Assembly: GCA_965207375.1 (NCBI GenBank)
Contig: CBDBMG010000001.1
Span: 368,773-432,772 of the forward strand
Source of the DNA: Nitrosopumilaceae archaeon
GTDB lineage: Archaea; Thermoproteota; Nitrososphaeria; Nitrososphaerales; Nitrosopumilaceae
Reading direction: 5' to 3'
DNA length: 64,000 bases
A program made the position numbers and the translations under genes. A model generated the notes under the pieces. The model ran no database searches and had not been told where the DNA came from. It was given only the letters and a program-made list of their open reading frames with translations. Positions 1 through 13,224 of the stretch are shown here, piece by piece. Positions within the stretch are counted from its first letter, which is position 1; each line of letters starts with the position of its first letter.

Positions 1-2553
1 AAGCTGCTGGCAAGAAAATTTTGACAAAAATTTTTGTAATCTGCAAATTTCACAAAAATATTTGACCATAGAAATTCAGAGCTATGTGAAAGTAGTGCAT
101 ATACGTAGTCTCCATATGCATAATACATTATGCTCTGCAGTACATGTATTTCATGCTTCCTGATCAAAGACAAATAAAAAAGTAATTATTTGATGTCATC
201 ACCATAGTAACAGTTGGTTACTATAGTTTGAATGTGACTGTGACTGTCATCTGTCATTTTAAAATGTATTCGGTCATTTCTGTGAAAAATTGTATTAAGC
301 CATCCATCATAGATGTTACTACTACCTTCTATTACAAAATGATTCAACATGATCGTGACTTTAAATCGGTACGTCATACGCTATCATCATTAGGGGCATG
401 TGTTTATGAGTGCTACGTTACTATAATTATATATACCAGTATGAGCACATTCACATGTTGGAATACTGGAACCTAATATTATAATGATAAAGGTGTTGGA
501 TGTAATAGCAAAGTATTTAACAAAGATGAGCTTAATGTGAATGCTCTATTGGAGTATTTTGATATTTCACATACATTTTAATTTGTACGTACTTGTTAAT
601 ATGGAGCAGAAAATACCTTATACCTGGCTTCACTTGTGATTGAGGATTGTGATTTTGGGGGAAAATGAATAATTGGAATTTTTAAAACCATGATGTGCTC
701 ATCCCATGCCTGCAGTGGTTGTGTACGTAGCACGTACATGCATGTGCATGTGCATAGGCATCCTTACAGTAACAGTATCATCATGCAGTGTCTCATGACA
801 CATTTATATAGCCCACACTAGATGATTATGTAAATGCAAATAAAGCATGTGTAATCTGCCGAATGAACTTTTGTTTGTGGATGACTAAATTAGAGGACAA
901 AAATAAAATTTCTCCCTCAAATTGTCCAGGCCATACGAATGGACTGGAGCAAAGTATATAAGAAGCAGCAATCGCACATTAAACCTGCAATTTCTCACTG
1001 AGTCAGTAAGCTAACACTCTGATCATGACGTGTATGCATGTATGTAGGTATACATAGTTGGTGTCTGACATATGGTCTAGCTAGCTCCAGGGTAATAATT
1101 GATACCACTAACGTTATGTTATGTGCATGCATAGTTACACAATATCTAGTGATCGCATTATTGTGGTGATCACACATTACAGTGAACACAGGGATGAGCA
1201 CTTCATTAATAATTTTTGACAGCAGAGTGAGTTTAAGTGACTGCTCTATTAGAGTAATATTTTGTATCCTGTTAAAGCTTGTAACAGAAAATACACATTA
1301 AGTTGACTATACCTGGCTTTACGTAAAGGAAAAAATTTGTGTGAAGGAAATGTTGCAGTTGTCAGAATGGAAAAGCATAACATGTCCGTCCCTATACACT
1401 CTACTCACACAATAACATGCTGCATAGTTGCATATTTGCCTTCATGCATGTACATAGTTGCATAGAGGCATGGTGATCGTTCATCTATTGCACGCAGTAA
1501 TTTTACATGTGTATATACGTACGTAACATATGATAATATAATTATTATAGTAACAGTACTAGTATCACCATACGCATTATGTATAGCTATGTAATAAATT
1601 TTTTAAAGTACATGCAGTGGCAAGTTTTCTCCCCATCCATCTATCACAAAACCTTCCATTGCAAAATACCAATACCATACACATGTGCATACTAATCATA
1701 GTAATAAAAAATTATATCTGCTCGTCCCTACATATCTACACTCATAATAATAAGAAATTAACATGCATATGGTTGCTTAAAAGAAGCACAATTGTCAGTT
1801 GTCCGGTCCATATTACAGTATGACAGTCATGTGCATGATCATCACAGTGACTGATCATGATCATGACTCAACATCCTGAAATGTGCATACACAATGATGA
1901 TCACAATCATGACAATAAAATTGATGATCATCTTCATTGTGGTGCACAGCATGCACATGCAGATGCTGATCATGATCATGATGCATTGTCATTATGCATT
2001 TAATTATTCAATTCTTTCTTTCTCCATCCTAAGCTGTTCTACACTAACAGGTATATATAGAAATGTATATGAAATATTATCAAGATACTCTGATAGAGCA
2101 TTCACCTTAAAATTTTTCCAGTATTCCTAATATAATGTGCTCGTCCCTAATATTAATGTGGTCAGTCCCAGTCACTAAAATATATAATTGCACAACCATA
2201 TGCATGCATTATATGAACGCACATTTTGATGTATATGTGTAGCTATGCACATGTGTTATATTATCAGACATTAGCTACCATGGCAACCATGTTGACGTCA
2301 CTATATAATCGTTATATGCATGTTCAGTTTTGTCATATGACCATGTAGTTACGTACACTGTCACACGTACAACCCATGATGATTACTGTACAAACAAGCA
2401 ATCTTAGCAAACTGTAAAAGTGTAAGAGCACGTAGAAGGAGTGTCTAGCTTTTAGTACCTATGTATTACGTAAGCATGATTAATCTATACTACATGATTA
2501 ATTTAATATAGCATAACTCAGTTAAATGCTTACTATATACGTACATACATATA

Positions 2554-2791
2554 TGTGACTGGATTTGGGAAAACGTGCATAGTTCACACATCCAATTTTT
2601 CAACTTTAACGATTTATAAAATCTTTTGTGACTTACATATAGATGTGAAACTTACAGGGATTGTAGAGCTACCATTCTTTTATCTACTCTGCAAATTTCA
2701 AACTGTATACCATTCTCATTGGATTTTATGACTCTTCAAATGAGCAAAATCGGATGTGTGAACTATGCACATTTTCGCAAATCCGGTCACA
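2554..2791. mobile_element. MITE with ~40-bp TIRs (TGTGAC...GTCACA family) in TA-rich site
   Basis: TGTGACTGGATTTGGGAAAACGTGCATAGTTCACACATCC pairs with GGATGTGTGAACTATGCACATTTTCGCAAATCCGGTCACA. It is absent at the matching position of the other arm (~18975-19000). Confidence 0.85.
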
Positions 2792-2992
2792 TATACATAT
2801 GTAAAAAGTACAATAGTATTATGGAAATACTGTGGAAATATTGCAAATTTCAAACTGTATACCATTCTCATTGGATTTTATGACTCTTCAAATGAGCAAA
2901 ATCGGATGTGTGAACTATGCACATTTTCGCAAATCCGGTCACATATACATATGTAAAAAGTACAATAGTATTATGGAAATACTGTGGAAATA
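2690..2992. repeat. Tandem duplication, period 152 bp
   Basis: 2690-2841 is repeated essentially identically at 2842-2992. The unit covers the right MITE TIR plus flank. Confidence 0.9.
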
Positions 2993-3683
2993 ATAAATTA
3001 TATTGAAAGGTGGTATAGCGTCTGTTCCACACGTGAAATCTTCCTGTAGTAAATAATAACAATATTCCCAACATGCAGTGAGATATGTCCATACTGTTAC
3101 TGTAATCCTTCAATGGATGGTGCCCTATAACACACATGGATACGGTAAAAATAATAATGACGACACACCAGCAGTGATAATAATTTCATTCTTACTGCTA
3201 CTATCTCTTGTCCTGTCCACTGACAAAATAATCTACATGACCACGGTGGTCACAAAGTATGTACAGTGTAGGTACATACCAAATGACTTTGAATGTGCAT
3301 ACGTATACAAGTGTATGCATGCATGTACATTTTGCACATATGTATCCTTGTTGCTATGCAACAAAGTATTAAGTAGTTGCACTGGATTCATTTCTTGTAG
3401 CTCCATTACATGTGTACACTATTGTGTTGTCCATGTTAATTTTCAACATACAGTGTGACATCATGATGATGCATGTGTTTACATGTTGCCATGGTTATAC
3501 ATTCTTTGCATAACATCATACTCAGTTCAAGTGATGGATCCCTGCAATGTGATTAGCTATTTTCTGAAAAATAACCAATCGTGTTTCAGGGATCTCAATG
3601 GAAGGAGGAGTACATACAACACTGTATCATCATGGTGATGTAGGTGCAAAAGTACTTAATATCAATGTTGTCATGAACATATA

Positions 3684-4261
3684 TGTGACCGTCTCTGCAA
3701 AAATCGGCCATGTTTGTGCCTGGTAATAATTAGAGAAACAAACGTTCAAAAACTTTTTCATTGAAATTATAGCTTTTGCTCATGCCAAGCCGCTTTTGTT
3801 TAGCAGAACTGGACTTAGTAATCCATTGAATAAAACTTTGAAGTTGTTCCTTGCTTGATTTAGGCCTCTTTAAATGATTTTTTGAGGTGTGAATCAATTT
3901 TAGCCAAGCATTACAAGGGGGTGGGCAGGTGTGAGGAGGGTGGAGAGAGAGGAGGAAAACCCCCCAGGTGAAGACAAGAGGTGCTGAGTTGCTCACAGAT
4001 GGTCCTAACCATGCAACTAGACCAAAGGGACATTAAGGGTAGAATTCCAGTCTGATGACACCCACTTGTTGTGCTCCACAGGTGCCAACGTGTTGATTAT
4101 GGTTTTACAAGTTGAAAATCCACCTCTGGAAAACTACCCCACTTGTATCTGGCCATAGGAGACATGCTGTGTGGATAGCCATTGAGTATAGCTATAAGCT
4201 AGGCCAAAAACATGAATTTAAATTTTTGTGTGAACTAGGCTGGTTATTGCCGACAGTCACA
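3684..4261. mobile_element. TGTGAC...GTCACA family non-autonomous element (inverted copy at ~17666-18223)
   Basis: Ends are TGTGACCGTCTCTGCAAAAATCGGCC and GGCTGGTTATTGCCGACAGTCACA. It is present in both arms, so it predates the duplication. Confidence 0.7.
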
Positions 4262-5825
4262 TATCATAACAACTAGATATTACTTTACCTTAGTGACAAG
4301 GTTTCCATGACAATGGGAATTATTACCATGATCCTGAGATGTAAAAAATTACTGCTGTGCATAATACTGTTGACTTACATATTTCTGCTGACCTAGATAT
4401 TTGATGAGGAAATGACTCCATCTACACATGCCTACAATAATACAATGTTATTGAGAGCACATGCTTCTGTGGTCTGTGGAACTTACGATTTCCAACATAT
4501 CCATGTGTGTCAAGATGCTTATGGATAGCAAAGCCTACGCTATGAAGTCGACTCTGCAAGTCCCCTTACAAGAAGTGACATACGTATGTAGTTACATACT
4601 CCCTCCCAACAGTAATGATATCTTAGTAGCTTCCTTTACATGTGCAGGCACAGCTGGCTAGCTTTGTCTTCTCCTGCATGGTCAGCAAGTCGTAAAATGC
4701 AGTAGCAGAAGTGCACTTATAATTACTTCTTTATCAACAATGATGCTCAACAATCAGTGGCTTACTATATAGTCCAAAATTTTCACATCTTTGGCAATGA
4801 TAATCCTTCCATCCTTGATTTCTCTTCTCACCACTGTTTCTGTACATACACACACACACATGTGCACACACACATGCATGTATGCATGCGTACACACACA
4901 AGCACGAATCTTAAGTTGGTAAGTGCTTCTATACACATGTTTTCTTTAGTTGATATACTAAAACTGCATTGTATGCATACTTGTAACACCTATATAGTAG
5001 TCCCTGTCCATGCTTATTCCAGTTGCCATAACAACACACTGTTAGTAGTTACACATTACATGCATGCAGTATGCATGTGCATGTAAGTCACATAAGCATG
5101 CTCAGTGCATGTAATATTCATGCAACAACCATGAAAAATGTCCTAAATCCATGCATGTTACATGAAACATACATGTATATTAATATGATAGCATGCATTT
5201 TATGATGGTCTTGCAAGTCAATGGAAATTTCATGGAACATGCATGTTACATAGATGCACAGTATTTGACCAAGTAGCTGATTAAATTTAATTATTATTAT
5301 GGCAGTGCGTGATATTTTTATTGCAACAGTAACTTATAGAGCGCATACATGCATTATAGGAATCACCATGGTGACACTGTCATCTTGATAGCCCTAGATC
5401 TGTACCATGATATGAAGTAAGGATCACATGTAATTTGGCATTTCTTGAATTGATGTTTTTATATATTGGAATGGTAGTCGCACAGCTTTAGGTTCCATTA
5501 TCACATGGGCTTATAAAAATTTCATACTGCACATGTATAGCTATATGTACGTTGCTCTATAATGAACCTCTGCTTCAGTACTTAATTTTCACCACTGATA
5601 CCACAGTAGCAATATATGAACTATAAATTACTGTTTTGCCAAAATTACCATATGCTTGCCATCACAAGATTTATCACATCAGATAATGCAGGTAATTAAT
5701 ATAATCATTTGATTATTGTTCAGCACTAAAATATTCAAGTGAAGAATATGATATGTAGCTAGCTATGTACTTGAATTTTGTGACACACATCCTTCAGGCT
5801 ATAGCTAATAAGTAGCACTATAAAC

Positions 5826-6121
5826 TAGAGCTGAAACAAATACTCGATTCGCTCGGATATTCGCTCGGTTACATAAGTATTCGAATACCAAGAGAGTATT
5901 CGGATGCACATTTATATAGATTTTCTGCATTAATTCTTACATATTTTGTAATTAAACACATATTTTAAGGTATTTCAGTAATTAAATGAATTACATTAAC
6001 ATATTGCTAGCAAAAATCAACCATTTTAATAGTAAAATGGCTGATTCAAACTATTCGGATATTCGCTCGCTTTACCATTCAAACTATTCGAGCACTAAAT
6101 ATCATATTCGTTTCAGCCCTA
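5826..6121. mobile_element. hAT-type MITE
   Basis: TIRs TAGAGCTGAAAC / GTTTCAGCCCTA. Exact 8-bp TSD CTATAAAC at 5818-5825 and 6122-6129. Confidence 0.88.
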
Positions 6122-6173
6122 CTATAAACAAAAAATTGCAATAACAAACCAAAAATATAATCGCAGTATTATT

Positions 6174-6545
6174 TAGGGGTGAGCGATAATATCGATAGTA
6201 CGATTATCGTGACAAAATAATTGTTATTGCGATAATTATTTATTAATCACTATTGCGATAGTTTAAAATACTCTTATAGAACAATCAACTACTCTAATAG
6301 AACAATCAGATACTTCAGTAAAACAGTTCATTAAAGCAAAGTGTAGTTGAGGTTACACCACTACAGTAGTTGTTACATAAGCTCAATTGCTGCAGTATCT
6401 AAAACTAATGTGTATCATTGTAACTATGTAAATGCTAAAGTACACTGATAGCATAATTTATTGACTATCGTGATAGTATCATGTATCGTGAACAGCTTAC
6501 AACTATCAATCGTGATAGTGATTTTACCACTATCACTCAGCCCTA
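6174..6545. mobile_element. hAT-type MITE
   Basis: TIRs TAGGGGTGAGCGATA / TATCACTCAGCCCTA. Exact 8-bp TSD GTATTATT. Confidence 0.88.
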
Positions 6546-7420
6546 GTATTATTATTGCTACTACAATCACAGTATTATTGCTACTACAATTTGTTTTTTT
6601 CTAGTACATGTATCAATGAAGGTAAACAATCATGTCCTAATGATAATTAATCACCTGGCTAATAAGATCAAATTACTTACAGGCTCTAAACTAAAAAATA
6701 GGCTCAATGATGAAAGCATTTTACAGTAGGAACAGCAAGATTAGTACCTATCATCACAGGTATGGTTCCGCGAACGGTAAATGTAAGAATCTATAATGAT
6801 TATAACCGGTTGAGAGCATAATTAAGATAACTCCGAATGAGAATGTATAGTTTCCCATTCTCCTCCACCTGCATCACATCTGAGCACCCACATTAATGGT
6901 CATTATTGCCATTATTTCCTTATGTACATGGAAAGTATAATGTTTTCAATTATTTTATATACCTTGGGTGTGCATTAAGAAAAAGGGTCTGGCAATGTGA
7001 GACTACTGTGTGTTCTAAATTACGCTTGGCCACAGTGGTCAAAACTGTCAAATCAGTAAAAATTTTGCTGTATCTTAGTGACAGCTCCTTAGGCCACTCC
7101 AAATGAGAGTGCAGTTTCCTGTCCAGAAGTTTTGAAAATGCGATTTGGGAGGGAGGCCCATTATCATTATTTAATACATCCATTGGTTTAAAAATGGCAG
7201 TGATTTTATGGAAAGGGTTACAATTATCAGGCTTCCCACAGGCAATAAGTAGGTGTCACACATGGCAGCAACCACAAGAAACAGTCTTTTTAGTTGCATT
7301 ATACTCCTTGGAAGCAAGTTAAGAAAAAGGGTTAGGCAATGCAAACTATTCCATATAGATTGTTGATCATATGCACCCACTAATATCTATGACTAAACAC
7401 ACAGTCAGTTCCTAAGGTTA

Positions 7421-8254
7421 TGTCACAACATAAATGGTCCCCCGGATCACTTATATGTACGAACATTAATGGTCTGGATAAAACATTGTTTATGACAACA
7501 TAAATGGTCCACGCGCCACTTTTGCAGGAATATATAATGCTAAGTTGCCAGCTGCTAGTTATATTTATACATCATGCATGCATATATAGCACAACTCAAA
7601 GGCAATGTCATGAGTCATGAGCGATCGAAGCTAATTTGCTGATAATAGCTAGCTATGCCATACACTTGCACATTAGCTCCTCACCTTTTATCTTGCAAAT
7701 TGTGAAGGTGCTTGAAGCTTAGCTACTCGTGTGTTACTATAGATCTTTTGCTACTTGCACTCCCTGTCCACTTTGTCAAGTCGTTTAGTTTGGAGAATCG
7801 TGATTTAGCTGATTGGTAGCTAGCTAGCTAAATGGTAGCTATGTAGCTAGGGCACCAAATGGTAATGACGGATTGGATAAAATTGTGAGCATATAGCTAG
7901 ACCATACTTGTGAATATGCAACATCTAAAAATACCCCCAACATTAAGTAGCAATAGTGATAGTTACAGCCACAGCTATATAATATTAAAGTTTAATCAAG
8001 ATACAGTTTAGTCTACTAGCTCAATAGCTAGCTACCTAGTAGCTAGCCAGCTACCGCATGCATGTAGGCAGCAGAGCTGTCGTGTAAAATCATAGCAAGG
8101 TATTAAATCATATGTGATGTAGAGCATTTGTTTGGCCTCGCTTTGTGACCCGGACCATTTATGTTTGGGGCGGACCACTTATGTCAACATAAATGGTCTG
8201 GGAGGACCATTTATACATAGTTGCTTATGTACCCGGACCAAATATTTCGTTACA
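7421..8254. mobile_element. Non-autonomous TIR element with subterminal AACATAAATGGTCC repeats
   Basis: AACATAAATGGTCC motifs are repeated at the left end and inverted GGACCATTTATGTT motifs at the right end. Confidence 0.6.
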
Positions 8255-8638
8255 GTACCACAGATAGTATATTCTGAATATACTAGACATCTACATTCAG
8301 TCTTTTGAATTACGTAACAATGCAATTATTATATGTACCTATATAAGAATATACTTCAAATTGACCTTAACTTCTTATTTCAAATTTTACTTAAAAATAA
8401 CACATGGGTTTTTTGAATGTGCACAATGCATGAGTGTCATTGTACAAAAATATAGCCAATAACTGATTTTTTAAACATGTAATCGTAGGTACGTACAAAT
8501 AAAAAGTTTATACAGTCAATATCAAACTTCAAATGATCATTCAGAATCATACTCCGGCAATCAGCCAAGGCTCTCTTCTTTGCTGGAGGAGGCAACAAAA
8601 CATAACAATTATGCATACAGATACGTACCATAATATTA

Positions 8639-9008
8639 TAGTGACGTGCAATAATATCAATAGTGTGATAATCATATCACAGAGAACCATTATCGTGATA
8701 TGATATAACTGGCAATTATTATCATGATATATAAAGCCAGACCGTTAAGCTTCAAAAATAACCATGAAATTGTTAAGCAGAATGGCAAACATAGCATATT
8801 ATTATTGTTATTGTATATACGTATATTTCACTGAAGTATTATAATTTATGTACCAAAACTTCATAATACACATGCATGTTACATATGAATTCTTGAAGTT
8901 ACTATTTGACTTATTCAGGTGCAGTATAGTGGGCGTGATAACTATTGTATGGTGATAAAATTATGATGATAATTGATAGAGTTGTAAAATCACTATCACA
9001 CATCACTA
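8639..9008. mobile_element. hAT-like MITE
   Basis: TAGTGACGTGCAATA / TATCACACATCACTA imperfect TIRs. The TSD is not clean. Confidence 0.55.
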
Positions 9009-9719
9009 GTACCATATGCGGCAAAGCTAAAACTTTCACAATTGAATGAAAAACCGCCCCCTCAAATGTTTTACCGTATATGGTAAACGTAAATACATAA
9101 AATGTACACTACAATACACAACCAAAATACAAAATAAGAATAGAGGCACAGCACTGTGCCCTTTATCAAAAGCTTTTGATGTGGTCTGATAAATAAGTTT
9201 TGATGCTGGTGGCAAATAAACAATTCTTTATTGCTCAGACTCAAAATGTCAAACAAAACAATTTTATGGTGACTCGTGTAATGATGTGTAATACATATCA
9301 ATATGTATATCGAAACATCAAAGCATGTCCCAGTATTTCTTTACTAGTTCAGTTTTGTGCAGTTTTGTGCAGTTTAGCAATATCATTAATGTTGAAGTAC
9401 CTACAACAAAATTAATTGTTTTCCCTTAACTTGATACATTGCATCACATCATGAGTACACATTTTGATGCAGATAACGTTTCAGGTGTATCGCACAACAC
9501 CAACCATGTGGTAAACCAATTCAATAACATATACTCTTATGGGTTGGAGAAACTTTTGTGAAAGGAAAATTTAAAAGTAAGGGAGAGTCCTAAATTAAAG
9601 TTGGCAGATTTGGTGAATACAATTGTTACAGTCACTATTTGAATCTACACATATATCACAGACATGCCAGTGTTGCATCAAAGAATGGTGTGTATGCTAT
9701 GTTCTAAAATTAAGTATAA

Positions 9720-9996
9720 TGTGACCGGGCCAGCAAAAGGGGTCCAAGTGGGCACATAAAATTTGACCTTCTTTTTCAACTTTCTTGCATCATAACAAAA
9801 GATATAAATACGCATACGTAATTGATAAATACGGGTACGCAATTGACATGATTTTTCTACCATCAATGAACAATTTAATAAGCAACATTTTATAACTTAC
9901 AGAACATAAATATATTGTACAGAACCCAAGATATTAAAGTTTTTATGATGATGTGTAGTTTGTGCCAACTTGGTCCGTTTTTGCTGGCCCAGTCAC
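9720..9996. mobile_element. TGTGAC-family MITE
   Basis: GTGACCGGGCCAGCAAAAGGGGTCCAAGTGGGCACA pairs with TGTGCCAACTTGGTCCGTTTTTGCTGGCCCAGTCAC. Confidence 0.75.
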
Positions 9997-10574
9997 TAAT
10001 AAACTTTGATTACACAAACATTTCACAATAATAAAATAATTTGATGCATGATCCCACATAGTCACTGCATAATTTCAAAGCACCAATACAAATATTTCAC
10101 CAATACCTTTTATGAAGTGACATAAGACATCGTAGTGATGACCACTGAAACACAAAGTAATAAATCAATTTCTTATACGTAGTCTATATATGTATGCATG
10201 CCACCGTACAACCAAATTGAAGCCATAACTACGTATGCCTGAATGTGATGGTTAACGTTAAGGAGCCTCATCACCCGAGGTCGGTTTCTAAAATGTCCCC
10301 ATAAGGCAATGTTGGGCCTCTACATAAACATGGGTCTCCAGTTTGCATTATTTAGAATAATAACCTGACAAAATCACCTTCATATCGATATTTGGCAATG
10401 GCAGCAACATCAGGCATATCTACAGGGGCAGTGACAATAAACTCCATGAACATGATCACTTAACTATCATGATAGTATGTCGAAGTTTGGAGGCTTGGAG
10501 AATTTTTTAGGCTAGCCCATATATATAATGTGCAAGGATCGCTAGGAATAAAATGAGCCGTTACATCACACAAA

Positions 10575-11527
10575 TGTGACCTGATTTACAAAAACCCGAC
10601 ATAATAGCAGAGTTCAAAATAAGAAATAGTAGGTATTAGGACATATGGCCAAATAGTATTTGGCCATTTAGAAAAGTATTAGGCCATCCACAAATGTAAG
10701 TGACCCTTTAAATTTAATAAACAGGTGAAAGAGATTAGCTATGTGATAACAATATCATGTGTTAGTCTAAAGTATATAAAGTCACAATCCAACCATGATA
10801 GTGTTTGAAAAGAGCGATCTAGCTCTATCACCCATTTCTTGTATGTGTAAAATGTGACTTCTCTCCTATTGGAAATTGGCCGATGACCGGCTGTTATTTT
10901 GAACTCTGTAATAGCATAATCTTAAGTCATTTGTGACCTGATTTGCAAAAACCCGACATAATAGCGTATTTAATATTTCGAGAAATACCAATTTAAAATA
11001 TTGAAGACACTGTAGTTCTTTGATGCCTTACTGGATGGAAGCCAAATTAACAGCATAAGTAGAGTAGTCTTATAGCCAGTGCTTTATAGCTAATTTAACT
11101 AATACTGCTGGATTTTCAGACACTTTTTTCTGAACTCCACCAATATCATGGATTAATTCTATAGGGGGTGGGTGGGCGTTGGAGGGGGTGGGAGGAGATG
11201 GGGCTGGGTGGGAAGCCGAAGGTGGGCTAAAGCATCCATGGTCACAGAGAAACAGCCATTGTGTGCTCAGTAAAATACTGAAACAGCCACAGCGTACCTG
11301 CCAGGCCAAGACGGTCGCTGACAGCTGCCTGACACCACATGTCGCTTTATTAGTGCGCCCCAGTGGCACCACATGGACCGTCATGGATTTACAGGGTCAG
11401 AAAAATGCTGCCTGTGAAAGCAGACCTGGTTATCTTTAGCCCTGTCATTGGTTTGTCTGGATAGTCCTAGAATGTGGCTTTCATGTCAAGCTATAAAATG
11501 GATTTCAGTTCTTGCGGGATTACACCT
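10575..11527. mobile_element. Cluster of nested TIR elements (TGTGACCTGATTT.. ends; CAGAGTTCAAAATAA element at 10608-10908)
   Basis: TGTGACCTGATTT(A/G)CAAAAACCCGACATAATAGC occurs at 10575 and ~10932. CAGAGTTCAAAATAA / TTATTTTGAACTCTG form TIRs. Confidence 0.55.
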
Positions 11528-13090
11528 GGTTTTAGCAATTTCTCTTCAGTTTTCACACATGATGGAGAAGCTATACTTCCAGACATGGGTCCTAGCCCAT
11601 ATCCAAGTTTACCAGATATTGACATAAACATTGCAGGGGTTACTAAATTTCTTAAAGAGATCAACCCTTACAAGGCAACTGGACCTGATTGTATTCCTGT
11701 AAAAGTGCTGAAAGAAATGGCTGAAGAACTTCCTCCAAGTTTAGCTTTGATATTTACAGCTTCCCTGCAACAAGGAAAGATTCCGCTGGATTGGAAGAAA
11801 GCCTTGGTAACCCCCCTATTTAAGAAAGGTGATCAAATCAACCCTACAAATTATCGCCCAGTGTCTCTAACCTCTATCTGTTGTAAACTACTGGAACACA
11901 TCATCCATTCAAATGTCATGTCTCACTTAAATGCTTGTAACATAATCAGTGATAACCAATATGGGTTTCGTAAAAGACGATTTGCAGAATTACAGTTACT
12001 TCGTACTATCCATGATTTTGCTTACAATCTAAATGTAAAGAAACAGACAGACACTATATTACTTGATTTTTGTAAGGCCTTCGATAAGGTGTCACACCGT
12101 CATTTAAAATTAAAGCTAGAATATTATGGAGTTAGAAACCGAACTCTAAAGTGGATATCTTTTTTCTTAGAAGAACGCACTCAATGTGTAGTATGCGGTG
12201 GCTATACATCAGACCCTGCAAATGTTATCAGTGGGGTTCCACAGGGAACTGTTCTGGGGCCACTATTGTTCTTAATTTATATAAACGACTTACCAGAATG
12301 TGTTTCATCAATGTGTAGCTTGTTTGCTGATGATTGTATGATAAGGGACATTGAAATATTGCAAAATGACTTAACAAACTTGGAGCTTTGGGCAAGAAAA
12401 TGGCTGATGACTTTCAATATAGATAAATGCAAAGTTATACAGATATCATTGAAACCTGTTGCTCCAAGTTCTTATACATTATATGGAAGACATCTTAGGG
12501 AGGTAACTGAGGCAAAGTACCTTGGAGTAACAATTGATCGTAAGCTATCATTTAGCAAGCATATTGATAATGTATGTAAAAAAGCAAATTCTACATTAGC
12601 ATTTATTCGGCGAAACCTTAAGTCCTGCCAACGCCAAATAAAGGCTGATGCTTATCTGATGTACGTTAGACCAACTTTGGAATATGCAGCAGCGGTATGG
12701 GCACCCCACACTAAATGTGACACTGAAAAATTAGAGGCAGTACAAAGAAGGGCTGCAAGATTTGTAATGTCTGATTTTAATCGTACTAGTAGTGTCACTG
12801 AAATGTTACATAATCTTAATTGGAACACCTTGAGTAGTAGAAGACAGACATCTAGATTATGCTTATTATACAAGATCTTGCACAACCTAGTAGATGTTAC
12901 CCTTCCAAGCTACATTGTACCATCAACCAGATTTACAAGAGGACACGATCAAAAATTTATCCTACCCCAATCCAGAATTGATATTTACAAGTTTTATTTC
13001 TTTCCAGACTCAATCAGACTGTGGAACAACTTACCCTCTGAGATATATAATACATCCACACACAATCGACGAATTTTGAAAATTAATTAA
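11474..13090 (+). CDS. Reverse transcriptase ORF of a 5'-truncated non-LTR retrotransposon (CR1/L2-group LINE)
   Basis: RT motifs KATGPD, NYRPVSLTS, QYGFR, LLDFCKAFDKV, GVPQGTVLGPLLFLIYINDL, LFADD, KYLGV, plus C-terminal VRPTLEYAAAVW and RLWNNLP. No endonuclease domain. The first ~20 codons derive from flanking DNA. Confidence 0.92.
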   Translation: MAFMSSYKMDFSSCGITPGFSNFSSVFTHDGEAILPDMGPSPYPSLPDIDINIAGVTKFLKEINPYKATGPDCIPVKVLKEMAEELPPSLALIFTASLQQGKIPLDWKKALVTPLFKKGDQINPTNYRPVSLTSICCKLLEHIIHSNVMSHLNACNIISDNQYGFRKRRFAELQLLRTIHDFAYNLNVKKQTDTILLDFCKAFDKVSHRHLKLKLEYYGVRNRTLKWISFFLEERTQCVVCGGYTSDPANVISGVPQGTVLGPLLFLIYINDLPECVSSMCSLFADDCMIRDIEILQNDLTNLELWARKWLMTFNIDKCKVIQISLKPVAPSSYTLYGRHLREVTEAKYLGVTIDRKLSFSKHIDNVCKKANSTLAFIRRNLKSCQRQIKADAYLMYVRPTLEYAAAVWAPHTKCDTEKLEAVQRRAARFVMSDFNRTSSVTEMLHNLNWNTLSSRRQTSRLCLLYKILHNLVDVTLPSYIVPSTRFTRGHDQKFILPQSRIDIYKFYFFPDSIRLWNNLPSEIYNTSTHNRRILKIN

Positions 13091-13178
13091 AATTTTTGTA
13101 GATAGCTAATTAGTTAATTACATTGCATTATACTCGTACATATGAGTTCAGCAATTATATTATTATAATAATAATAAT
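11533..13178 (+). mobile_element. 5'-truncated LINE with (TAA)n tail
   Basis: RT ORF followed by a short 3' UTR and a TAATAATAATAAT tail at ~13165-13178. Confidence 0.85.
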
Positions 13179-13224
13179 CCTAATCCAGTCACATTTAAAC
13201 TACTATTATTATAAACATCTTACC

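Larger units (their letters stand above)
1..4645. repeat. Left arm of large diverged inverted duplication (partner ~17390-20255)
   Basis: Reverse-complement matches seen at many points: 1-95 vs 20155-20250, 155-225 vs 19760-19816, ORF 228-476(+) vs ORF 19359-19649(-), ORF 3078-3458(+) vs 18414-18725(-), 4425-4645 vs 17390-17605. May extend left of the window. Confidence 0.9.

Noticed and set aside
186-10000. Many 60-130 aa ORFs
   Set aside because: AT-rich, low-complexity translations overlapping MITEs or intron-like DNA, with no recognisable domains.
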